From positions 32,800,001 through 32,864,000 of the forward strand of contig CM119371.1 of assembly GCA_051294905.1 (NCBI GenBank): a stretch of 64,000 nt of DNA, written 5' to 3'. Position 1 is the first letter of the stretch. Each line of letters begins with the position of its first letter. This stretch comes from Botryllus schlosseri (taxonomy: Eukaryota). Both the position numbers and the translations under genes were made by a program. Below the pieces are notes generated by a model, which searched no databases, had not been told where the DNA came from, and saw only the letters and a program-made list of their open reading frames with translations. Shown piece after piece: positions 52,420-64,000 of the stretch.

Positions 52420-55400
52420 GACTCAGAGTCATTGCAATGTGGCTTATTGGTATGACATTGTTATCGGGTGTGATGACATTCGATCTACATCAAAACTACC
52501 GGCTATGATAATGTCTGTGGATCGATGTTTGTATACCAACACATTGCATGCAATGTCACACACCTCCATTTACGCGTATACTGATGTGGGCAAACAAGCG
52601 CGACGTATGTCTGGATGGTATTTTTTCGTGGGAACACAGGGTGTAACATGTTTACTTTGAATATTATTCATTGGTTTATCGATTCAGAGTTGATATCCGG
52701 ATCCGGTTACATACTTATCAGGGTTTCCGATTTCAAACTGAATGTCGAGACATACATTGACCAATAAAGACACAATATAGTAAACGCGCGGGGGAAAACT
52801 CGACCTGGAATTGTTATCGCGATGGGTGACATAAATCCAACCGTTTTCCGAACATCGTTATCCACATACCAACCATCGTCGAGGGGGTGTTTTATTCAGA
52901 CATTTTGAATCTGGAAAATCCAAAGCACGAACCCGGACATCACAGAACTATCGAAGCCTATTGTCCAATTTTCCAAAACATGCATTTCTGTGTACAAGAG
53001 GATATTGCATGTGGGTAACCGACGATTTTGATGGGATGCACCAACACAAGTGAATATTTGATTAGACAAATGTATCGGAGTCGTTGTTGGTGTATATTTT
53101 GTCGCTGTTCGCTGTAAGAAAATACAAAAATATCAAATTGTCGGTGTGGTTGTCAGATTTCAAAAATGAAAATGGTTTTGTTACACTAGGAAAAGCTAGA
53201 TGACCAAGAGAAAATGTATTGTTACACTGGGTAAACGCCAGATCCCCAAAGGAAAATGATATTTTTACTCAGGTAAACGACGGATCACCAAGTGAAAAAG
53301 GTTTGTAACCCAGGGAAAAATATATTTCCAAGCGAAAAAGGTTTGTTACCCAGGGAAAAAATATATTTCCAAGTGAAAAAGGTTTGTTACCCAGGAAAAA
53401 ATATATTTGCAAGTGAAAAAGGTTTGTTGCTCAGGGAAAAAGGTTTGTTACCCGGGGAAAAAATATATTTCCAAGTGAAAAAGGTTTATTACCAAGAGAA
53501 AAAATATATTTCCAAGTGAAAAAGGTTTGTTACCCAGAGAAAAAATATATTTCCAAGTGAAAAAGGTTTGTTACCCAGAGAAAAAATATATTTCCAAATG
53601 AAAAAGGTTTGTTATCCGGGCAAAAATATATTTCCAAGTGAAAAAGGTTTGTTACCCAGAGAAAAAATATATTTCCAAGTGAAAAAGGTTTATTACCAAG
53701 AGAAAAAATATATTTCCAAGTGAAAAAGGTTTATTACCAAGAGAAAAAATATATTTCCAAGTGAAAAAGGTTTGTTACCCAGAGAAAAAATATATTTCCA
53801 AGTGAAAAAGGTTTGTTACCAAGAGAAAAAATATATTTCCAAATGAAAAAGGTTTGTTATCCAGGGCAAAAATATATTTCCAAGTGAAAAAGGTTTGTTA
53901 CCCAGAGAAAAAATATATTTCCAAGTGAAAAAGGTTTGTTACCAAGAGAAAAAATATATTTCCAAATGAAAAAGGTTTGTTATCCAGGGCAAAAATAGAT
54001 TTCCAAGTGAAAAGGGGTTTGTTATTCAGGCCAAAAATAGATTTCCAAGTGAAAAGGGGATTGTTACACTGGGTAAACGATAAATCTCCAAAGGACAATG
54101 GTATTTTAGTTAGGTAACGGTGGACCTCCAAGTGAAAAGGATAATTTTACACAGGTAAACGTCAGTTGTCCAAACCAGAATGATATTTTTACTTGGGTAG
54201 GTATCTTGTGTTCAACGCCGGTAGTGTGATTGGTCTTGTTAAACGTAGTTACCGAGTTGTACAATTATGAAGGGGCGGAAAATGAAATTGCTATTATGAT
54301 CGTCAGAAGATTGTTGTATGTAGATTTGACAGTAACCCTATCATTCGCATATGACAAACACAATCATGGCCATTAACTAACTTGCTCGGTCTAGATCAAT
54401 GCAAAAGAGATGATTCGTTTTTTGAAACCGTAGCGAAGACCACATGTAAATCGATGTGATAGACTTCTATCTCCTTACAGTCAGTCGTGTCGTGTCCATT
54501 TTAATACGGGGCCCACAGGTATGACATGCACACACTAACGCCGTGAACAGAAATCGATGATTTTGATTAATAAAAATATTTCTTGACTACATCGGAATGT
54601 CTATGTTGTAGAAAGTAAATACTTTTATGGTGTTGTGTGTTTAATGAAAGCGATTGGTTACAAGTATGTGTTGGAGAAAGAAAATTTATTTTTCTGTATG
54701 TGACGAAATGAAAATAGATTCGTGGTTTTAATTGGATTGCGCTATTTAATGTACGTTTCAACAGGTAGACTTGACACTGAACAACAATTCGACCCGCAAA
54801 GCATATTCGTTGTATGATTTGTCACTGGTGTGTAAAGGGTTAGGAATATTTTGAATGATAATATCTACTAGCTGTTTTGTTGTGAGAGCGATCATGTGAT
54901 GACTCAGCACTTTTCGTTAGCAAAGTAGATTGATCTATGTGAAAGATGTAAGGACCGTGGCTAGAAACATATGTACTTTGTTGTTGGGGAACTGCTATGG
55001 TGTTGACATAACCCTCTGGAAGTGAGTATGCTTTTCTTTCACGAAAGTTTACGTGGCTCCGTTGTAATAAATTTGTGTTGACTAAACTCGAATGGATACT
55101 GCAATTGTGCCGGACTTACACATGGTATTCGCATACTGTACACATACAAACTTTTGTGTAAACAACTCTGATGTTTCTGTTAGTACTAGTTCTGTGTTGA
55201 ACTATTTGATTATTAAGATACATGAACACCCATTCAGACAATAAAGGTCTTGTGATATCGAAACAGTTTGTAGAGTCTAACCAACCATTCTTTAGTTTCG
55301 TAATGCGAGAATATCGAGTAAAGTTAATTACTTAGTGCGATGTTAATATCCTTCGTACTTTTGTAAGAGTTGTGGGATAACATACAAAGTAACTAATTGA

Positions 55401-58400
55401 CACAAACAAAATGGTGATATTGTGAAGATGATGCCGCAACAAGTGATATTTTGTATCGGGTGTTTGTACTTTAGGAATAGTGGAGTGTGCGATATTTTGG
55501 ATATGTGTGCACGGTTGTTAACTACGGTTGTTCTTGGGTCTTGCGTTGAGTAAATCATAACTATGTCTAGAATTCAAACACATCCAAGTAAGTTCTTTAG
55601 TGACTATGATTACATCTACTTTGACGAGAGGAAATGGGGAAATTAAAATGGATACTACTGACGAACAAAAAGTGCAAAATGGTTTTATCAGATTTAGGTG
55701 TAGGATATCCTTTCGATTTCTTTACCAGAGTGTGTTTTACAAATATCTCTAGTACACCAACGTATAGGGTACAATTATCAAACGTCGTACAAATTGTTTA
55801 TGCGACGGCAACGACTTTGGGTTACTTGGTTTCGATCCTTTTGTAAAAGATTGTCGGACAATGGGGTTATAATCTTCTGTAATGATCGAGGTACGTGATC
55901 AAGTTTCCAATCAATTAATAATCGGACATACGACTTTGGTTTAACGAATCATAATATTTCTAAAATGCTTGCTGGTATCATAAGACACAAATCGAAATTC
56001 ATATCAATCAAGACCTTTGCATGCTCTGAGTTTTGTGATGGCGTTTATTTCACCTGATAGAAATGAACTTGTATCAATAGTAGCACGAAACGCATTTATC
56101 ATTTTCGGTGTTATTGTTCACCCACTTCGACTGGTACTCGATGCCAAAAGTGATATTTTCTAATAACCTTTACCACAACATCGGGTCTAATTATCGTGAA
56201 TAATTTAATAATCAAGTCGTGGTCGAGCATTACAAAATCTCATATATCAAATCAATGTGTCAATCCTTATGTTTACAGTATGATACCTTTCAATGTAAAA
56301 CCGGCGTTTGATTGTAAGAAATGAATTCTCAACTACGTTGGTCAGGCATTCAAATCCGGTATACTCAAATGTAATATGTTAATCTCAAACCACACACCGA
56401 GTAGTATTTACTTTGGTTTATAAAATATATCAAGTAGTAATTACTTTGTCTTGCAAAATAGTAACGACTTTTACAGTTGAAAAACAAAAGACGCGTCGTA
56501 GGGATATGAATACAACCGAGCTTGTTATGGATTTTGGATTGTAGTGATTACTGGCGTAGTCTTGTCTACTTTTCATAAGGATACTTTTTGCTTTGGTTGG
56601 GTAAGTTACAAACGGATTGACTTGACAAGGTTTTTTGTATTTTACTCTTTTGTTTATGGGAAGATGCTAAAATGTTGAGACGTAATACTATTTCCGTTCA
56701 CTCGATTACAACAAAAAATGACCTGATAGTTTGTTCAAGGTTTCGACAAATAGATTGAAATATTCCGATTTAACTCATCGCGTCGCAAGTCGATCGCGGT
56801 ACGCACAAGTGGTTGTCAAGTTAGAAATATTTACAACAGGTGTTATTTCATTGATTGATTCTATTGTGTGAAGTAACACATTAAAATATCGCGATAGTAT
56901 TTCTGAAACTCTATTTTACAAACGGAAACGGAGTCGTGAATAGAGGTTGTCAGTTTCAAGGATTGTTTCAAAGTATAATCTCGAAATGTGACTGGGTGAA
57001 AGTTGGCAGTCATGTTTGTCAATATATTTCAATTCAGACAATGTCAAAGTCCAAATATTTCATTCTGGATTATTTGGATTTACCTTTAGTACATCCCGCG
57101 AATGGATTTAAAGTTGGTAAATTACCAAAATGATTGAATATTATCGGGTTAGAGATAGTTGGTATTGATTCTATAAGTGTGAAAACAGTGGCGCGGAATG
57201 TGCGAATAATTCGATGCGGCTGAAAGTCGGCGTCAGTAATATTCGGGTTACGTTCGATTCAACAGATCGCGTTAATAGGATTTGTCAAAGGATTTGAGTT
57301 GGGTCGAATCAATACATTCAAATACGATTCAACTTGATTTGTGTAGTGAGTTTCATTTCAAGTTGATAAACTAACACATTGATTGAATATTTTCATGGAT
57401 CTTATCACGCAACTAAAGTCAGCCACTTTTCGCGAGGTGTGAAACATATAGCGATCGCGGGCAAGTGACAAATTGTTGGTTTTCGAATCCCCGTCTGCGA
57501 CGGTTCTGTGACAAACTAATTACCGAAATATTACCTTCTGAGCGGGTATGAGGAATTGCTATGTCTGAAGCATTATCCGGTGAGTGGTCGTTGGATTTTC
57601 AAATTATATCACACCCTTTTGAATAAGCGTTCACTTCACAAAGGATTAGAGTTAGAGCGGAAATAAGTGACAATTTGTCGCTATTCAAGTTACCGCGGTC
57701 TGTTATTCGTTACTTGTTAAATCTTACCAGCGATATCAAGTACTGTGACAAACTGATTACTAAAATTTCACCGCGTGAGCGATCGGTATGGTTATGACAC
57801 CAAGTCGTGAAAGATGGTTATGACCGAGACATTATCTTGTCAGCGATCGCGGGGTTTTGCAAACTATTTCACAGCTATTTGAAGTGTTAATTCGTGAGCG
57901 TCGTTATTGTTGATATTCGAATCGCCGTCTACGCCGGCTCTGTGGTAAACTAAATACCAAAATATTACCTTGCAAGTGATTCCTAGACTTGGCAAACTAT
58001 TTCACACCTTTTTTGCTGAAAGTACGACATGCCGCCCGCAGTCTATACCGAAAGTACGAATCACGACCGCACCCATAAGAAATAAGACCCGCCGCCATAA
58101 GAAATAAGTGCCGCTCGCCACCCCGGGTTTCGTGTTAGCATCAATAGCCGCTCACCACCCCCGCCATAAGACGCAATAGCCGCATGCGACCGCACCCATA
58201 AGAACACATGGCGAGTCACCACAGACCCCGTAAGAATACACGACAGGTGAATCACCGTCACCACCGATAGTAAAAAAGGCGAGTCACGACCACCGCGGTT
58301 GGCTGTGAAACAATTCAGCGCGCAGGTCATTCGAAATATAGGTCGCGCTGCTTAATCCTCACAACAAGCCACGTTTCCGTTTGTGCGGTTATTGTTGGTG

Positions 58401-59018
58401 ACTATTCAATACCACGCGAGAGATGGTTGAAAGTGCGCATCACGACCGCACCCATAAGAACGCGTGGCGAGTCACCACAGCCTATACGCGAAAGTACGAC
58501 ATGCGAGAGATGCCTGAAAGTGCGAATCACGACCGCACCCATAAGAACACACGGCGAGTCACCACAGATCCCGTAAGAATACATGACAGGCGAATCACCG
58601 CCGCAGCCTATAGCAAAAAAGGCGAGTCACGACCACGAGTTTTCACGGCGAATCACGACCGCAGCCTATAGCAAAAATGGCGAGTCACGACCGCACCCAT
58701 AAGAACACATGGCGAATCACCAGAGATCCCATAAGAACCAATGGTACACCACCAGAGATCCCGTAAGAAACAATGACATATCACGAGCGATAGGGGGTCT
58801 GAAAGGGTTCCATCACCAACACGAGTTTTCACGGCACATCACCGACGAAGCCTATACCCGAAAGGGTACCATCACCAGAGATCCCATAAGAACACATGGC
58901 ACCTCATCAGTGGAAGGGGGGGTCAAAAGGGTGCCATCACCAACACGAGTTTCGCGGCACCTCACCAGAGATCCCATAAGAACCCTATGGCGAATCACGA
59001 CCGATCATACTAACTACT
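52420..59018 (-). repeat. Right arm of the giant inverted repeat (6,599 bp)
   Basis: Begins GACTCAGAGTCATTGCAATG (52420). Mirror coordinate sum is 103944 inside the tandem array and 103859 outside it. Confidence 0.97.
53287..54069 (-). repeat. 42-43-bp minisatellite, about 18 units (right arm)
   Basis: Inverted counterpart of 49790-50657. It is 85 bp shorter and has a different order of unit variants. Confidence 0.95.
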
Positions 59019-60299
59019 TATGCACGATACCTCGAAAAGCTTTTCAGCGACTAAGGAGTCGATATTCGGGCTAGCGAGATAAATTACTAGCTGAAAGGCC
59101 ATCTCCACGTTAAGCTTGATCTTGTGGTAAAGCCCAAAGCAAGTGGTTCTCAAAACGTATTTACACACACACCCTTTTTGATACTGAAAAGCTTTTAGCG
59201 AATAAATTAACAATATGATCTTATTGTTTCGCGTTATAGCTTATTTTGGAACGACAACAACAATATGTTGAGACTGTAGAGTGTAGTCCATTTCAGCATT
59301 TCAAAATGGTATTCTTAGCTTTCTTCCGAAATCTTGAATCAAGTCGCGGGCCGCAAAATATGACCTCGCGGGCAGCGTCTTATAGTGACCCCTGATTTAG
59401 GTAATAATTTTTGTCTCGCGTATTGGGGGTTAGGGTTGCGGAAGGTACGGTCCTGATGTTATAGCATAGAAGTATGGCATTATAAAGTCATGGGAATTAA
59501 TGTTATGAACGGCTCAGTGATGACATTGTTTTGTGACACGTGATTGAATAGTCAAGAGCTTTCTTCGTGAAAGCGGATGGAATGTCCTCTGTGCGCTATC
59601 TGACTTTAACTTGGTTTTGAGCGCAAGGTCTTTCAGTATGGAACGTGAAACTGCATGTGCACTGTGTATCAGTACCTGTGTATTGTTTGTTCGTAATATC
59701 CATGGTGTTCGTCCACTAGTATGGTCATTTACACCATCAGGCCAATCTTCTTCAATCCTACTCCATGGATGCTGACTTTTATCACGGTCCACTTCAAGAC
59801 TTTTACAATACACCGCTTACACGGATGATATGGCGTATACTTGTGTAGCAGACTAGCGTAGTGTGAGTACTGTAATGTCTGTGTGGTGCTGATTGGAGTA
59901 TAAGCAATTTATGGTTGTATTAAGTTTGACATGAGATTAAATGCATATAATTTAAGCTTGGATATACTTGATGACATACTAGTAGCGGGTCGCCGACGGG
60001 ATAGCTTTCGAACCAGCATATTTAGTTATCCTACTCAGGCTTTATGGGGGACGCTTAAGTATTATATATAATTTCGGTATGCAGCATGGAAATGTGCAAG
60101 TGTGTATCGACATTTGAAATTTTTCAGACTCCCATAGTTAGGCGGTTTTGCCAGAACCGTGACAAAGGTCCTACTTTCCACTTGTTGCGACTCTGACTCA
60201 GTTATTTTCGAAAACAACAAAATTATGCAACGCGATTACGAAGGAAAATGATAATAATAATAATGATTCTAACCCGCACAATACTAACACGTCGTATCA

Positions 60300-61080
60300 T
60301 ATAATAATAATAATATTAATAATAATATTATAATAATAATTTATAGAGCGCCGAATATAACAATATATCATTACTACACTAGAGCGCTGTACATAAAAAG
60401 GCAATAAAATATCAGACGATATGTATAAAAGACGATGTGCATAGTTGTAGGGCGGAATGAACACTACTCTAGTTCAAACGCTCGTGGGAATAAAACGGTC
60501 TTGATTTTGCGTTTGAAAACATATAGCGAGGCACATAGTCTGATAAAAATGGAAGATTGTTCCACAGAATGGCGGCCGAGGAAGAAAAGGTTTTCTCGAA
60601 GTAGGTCGATGTTCTGCCTTTTGGAGCTGACAACAGCTTTTGCGACTGAGAACGTTCCGCTCTTCCGGGATTATATATTGTCACTAGCTCACGAAGATAC
60701 GCTGGTGCACTTCCCTCCACGCATTTGAAGACGAACAGAAGAAGCTTGTATTCAGACCTAAATTTCACGGGTAACCAATGAAGATCGTACTCGGTCACAT
60801 GGTCCACAATGCGTTTGGCGACAACCTTTTCCAGAAGTTTTGAGAGATATCGGACGATAGTTTTGCATCAGATCGGATTCAAGAGTGTTCTTCTTCGCGA
60901 GCGGGGTCACCACAGCTCGCTTAAAGCATTACGGTACCACGCCGTCTAAGAGCGACCGATTTATGATTTCGGCGACCAGAATCGCCAAGTCCGAGAAACA
61001 TTCCATATGAATCCAAGTTGGTATAGGATCAAGATCGCATGTCTTTGGTCGTGTACCAGATATGAGCTCTTCAATCTCAT
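60300..61080 (-). mobile_element. L2-clade LINE 3' fragment with internal deletion and (ATT)n tail
   Basis: ORF 60469-60807 LHWLPVKFRSEYKLLLFVFK...APAYL...FSSSAAILWNNLP. Upstream FKRAVVTPL.KK...NYRPIS..KLLEKVV (pre-RT region). 3' end GGCGCTCTATAAAT(TAT)n. Confidence 0.88.
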
Positions 61081-61529
61081 CAACATTAGCGTTGTATATC
61101 GCTTATTGCAACGTCCTCATCGCAAACATGCAAGCGGAGTTAGGGAAGAGATCATAAAGTTGATTGACTACTGGGTCGATTACCGAGTTCATCAGGACTT
61201 TACAACAATTAGTGAAACCGGCTAATCGTAGCACTCAAACTTGAGTTGTTTTTAGTTTTTTATTCTCATGGTTTAGCAGACTGAAGACTGCGTGCAATTC
61301 CTATGCGGAAATATTCCCGTTTGTAACAGTAGCTTAGTGATCGCAGGAAATCCGTGTAAAATATCTCACCGCATTGATATGGTATGAACAAATTATCGGA
61401 CTATATACACTACAGTACACAATTGGGTTGACCGAGATCCCTTGTCACGGTCCCGATATATTCACGTTACCCCTACGACTCTCGCGAAACGCCTTCGTTT
61501 TATAGCGCATTAAGCCTATAGTGTTAATA

Positions 61530-61745
61530 CACTGTAAAAAATAAAGGTGGGTTTTTAGCTAAAATCGAGGTGGAAACCATAATTACCACGTGTACGAGAG
61601 GTGGGTACATGCCATACACCTCTCAAGAAGGTATATTACCATAATCCCTCTTTTTACGAGAGGTGGGTACATGCCATACACCACCGAAGAAGGTATAATA
61701 ATCTTCCCACCTCCAACAATACATCTTCCACCTCCCAAAACCTCC
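61530..61745 (+). mobile_element. Possible CACTA-type element end
   Basis: TA|CACTGTAAAAAA followed by a duplicated ACGAGAGGTGGGTACATGCCATACACC. Partner end not found. Confidence 0.4.
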
Positions 61746-62892
61746 TATAGAGTGGAGCTTTTGTTGCCTCCTCACACCCAAACTCCATGGAGCGGTAACG
61801 GCGGACGCTCAAATTTATAAGCCGTGGAATGCATATTTTTAGTTTTCACCTTCATATGAAAATCGTTTTCGATACCAAGCTATCGTTGTTGTTGTGACAG
61901 TATATGTCTTCATCATCATTGGTTTATTAGCAATGAGCTATGAGTTCAATACACCACAAAAATGCGATACAATGAAAAGACAGCCGTATCAAGTTTATTC
62001 CAAAGTTCTGATATTGTTATGCGGGGTATCGACATAATAATATACTAAATTATGCAACGCATCAGTTATTTGCGCGGCGATTCCGCGAAGTCAGCTGAGT
62101 TTCCGCGGGAACCACATTCTCAAGGGAAACCCCGTTCAACCATCGAGTTTCATAAACACCGGTGAGCTTATGGTTCAACTTACATCTTACTACCCTATTC
62201 AGTAAATTTTTAGTCTGTACTCAATAATGATAGTTATAATATTTATTTGGTGTACTAAGTAGTAAGTCGAACACAAAAAGCGAATATAATGATATCTCAT
62301 GCTGACTGATCAGCCATGTCGGTTACGCTTTAGTTAATCAGAGGCCGAGCCTCGAAGCAGACAGATCGGAGAGACCGCGTTGGCGTCGCATGTCTTCTCC
62401 TCTTGAAGTTCGTTGTGAAGCGAATTCTTATGACTTGTACTTATTCTTACTACACAGGAAATAGTTGTACGTTTTTTAATATGAACCGTTTCTTCCTGTT
62501 AAGGAATGCGGTATGAACGCATTCGGTTCTTGCTAGCATAAACCCGTATATATAGTTGCTCAACTGTTCCTGTCGTTGTCGGCTGTCTGACGACCGGCCG
62601 CCATATTGGAGAATGCAGATTACATTACGCCACGTGAAGAAATGGAAGGTGAGGCGGTAATGGACTAATGAATGAATTTTGCATGCTTCAAACTTGCCTT
62701 TTCAAATTTACATGCTTAAGTCAGAGACAGATTTGTTCAGTTCAGTTGAATTAATTGTTTGAAAATTTCAGAAGTAACTGCAATTTATGGTTATTTTCTA
62801 ATATGAAACCATGCTATATAGTATATCCAGTAGGGAATTGGTGTATACGCAAGCACACTTAAGCGACTGGCAGGCTGACTATCACTAGTAGC

Positions 62893-63422
62893 TGGGGCTG
62901 GGCACAATGATTCGAGTACTCGAACCTGAATCGAGTATTGATTCTTATGATTCGAGTCGAGTAGGAAAATACGATATTTTCGAGTACCGGTACTGATATT
63001 ACGCTTCTCTCCACTGAATGACTGAAAGTTACTTTATACCCGAAAATTATAGTTTCGATACTAATTTTCACAGTTGAAGCCTTGAAACCTTGATTGGCGG
63101 TATCGTAGCATACGAAACCTATAGTACAAAAGCTACCAAGGTTACTGGACGTAGCATATTTCCGAAGTCATGATCATCCAACAGCATTGTCACCAAGTGG
63201 GATGAAATCGGTGAAGTCGAAAAAATACCAAAGCATCTTTTATGTGATGGATAAAAGGCATTAAATTCTTGGTGGTGGCATAAACGGTACATATTTCAAC
63301 TTTGACATCTTACATTCTGTTATGACGTCATAATGAGTGATACTTGATTACTTGACTCGACTCGAAGCATATTACGTGATTCAGAATTGAATCACTCAGG
63401 TACTCGATTTTGCCCAGCCCTA
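62893..63422 (+). mobile_element. hAT-type MITE family B, copy 3
   Basis: Colinear with 11037-11547. Degenerate TSD CTAGTAGC/CTTACAGC. Confidence 0.88.
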
Positions 63423-64000
63423 CTTACAGCATGAAAAGTTCGACTGGCTCACCAAGGCAAAGTAAAGCCTATAAATTCAAATCTGCTCATTTTTGCTGCT
63501 TCACCTGTTGAAAAAATGATTGGGGCTCGGTTTCACAAATTTAATCTCCCAATGAAATTTTTATTCTGTTTCACTGCATATTTCAAATTTCGGCTGCTTT
63601 GCAGAAAACGGTTTCGTCTTCTGTCCATGAAGACGAGATGAGCATGATTTCCCATCAAAGCGGAATTGGTTGAAAATATGATTGATAGGATGAAGCGCAG
63701 AAGCTGACATCGTCGTCCCGAAGACAAAATGATGGATTGTGATCGGTATGTTTTTCTCTTTCTGCTATTTTATCTATTACCTTTGTTGGAATAAAGCTGT
63801 TGATTTTGACATAAGCAGTGATCTCTTCAAATATTTGTATTGAGTAGGTAATTTCCATCTATTAATTGCCTCTCATGATATAGGCCTATATAGCTTTCTT
63901 CAGTCATGTTGCAATTGCACGGCATCAATTTTTGCACTGTTTTTAATCTATACTAATACGTCATTACGAAGCGACGTGTTGACGCACTCCACTTTGTTGT

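Larger units (their letters stand above)
44841..59018. mobile_element. Giant palindromic (foldback) Polinton/Maverick-like non-autonomous element, 14,178 bp
   Basis: Starts AGTAGTTAGTATGATCGGTC (44841) and ends GACCGATCATACTAACTACT (59018). Flanked by identical 6-mers TATGCA (44835-44840, 59019-59024). ORFs in the track are mirrored (45150+58709 = 49728+54131 = 103859). AG...CT termini with an AGT repeat plus a 6-bp TSD are established Polinton/Maverick hallmarks. No pPolB, integrase, ATPase or capsid ORF recognised. Confidence 0.8.
44586..59394. mobile_element. hAT (Charlie-like) MITE of about 625 bp, split by the palindromic element (44586-44840 and 59025-59394)
   Basis: Termini CAGGGGTCGC (44586) and GTGACCCCTG (59394). 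GCGGGCCGC subterminal motifs at both ends. Degenerate 8-bp TSD ATTTACTT/ATTTAGGT. Confidence 0.7.

Noticed and set aside
53292..53519. ORFs in the minisatellite (also 49728-49961 and 53898-54131)
   Set aside because: They are translations of the tandem repeat. Mixed 42/43-bp units break the frame.
44841..59018. Palindrome as a pure assembly or foldback-read artefact
   Set aside because: Provisionally rejected: a distinct TSD, matching halves of a host MITE on either side, arm SNPs and different array structure all argue for a real insertion. Read-level confirmation is still needed.
59514..59813. 99-aa minus-strand ORF as a host exon
   Set aside because: No recognisable motif and no partner exons that I could link.

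Overview
AT-rich eukaryotic (animal-like) genomic DNA made almost entirely of transposable elements; I cannot support any ordinary host gene. (1) The dominant feature is a 14,178-bp near-perfect palindrome (44841-59018) with arms of 6,684 and 6,599 bp around an 895-bp unique spacer. It has 5'-AGTAGTTAGT...ACTAACTACT-3' termini and an exact 6-bp target-site duplication (TSD), TATGCA. These are the terminal hallmarks of a Polinton/Maverick, but no Polinton gene is recognisable, so it looks like an integrated snap-back, non-autonomous derivative. It sits inside a small hAT-type MITE. (2) A 6.6-kb CACTA/EnSpm-type element (27741-34377) carries a hand-reconstructed 10-exon SAM-domain gene (513 codons, one internal stop) whose first intron holds the deleted transposase. 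(3) A four-level nest at 14.6-20.5 kb consists of a LINE split by a 4.9-kb hAT, which holds a P/Galileo-like foldback element with ~240-bp internal tandem repeats, which holds MITE pieces. The rest is hAT-type MITE families with 8-bp TSDs, a pogo-like element, LINE fragments and a probable SINE. All coordinates and translations were read by eye; family names come from terminal signatures and remembered motifs, not database searches.
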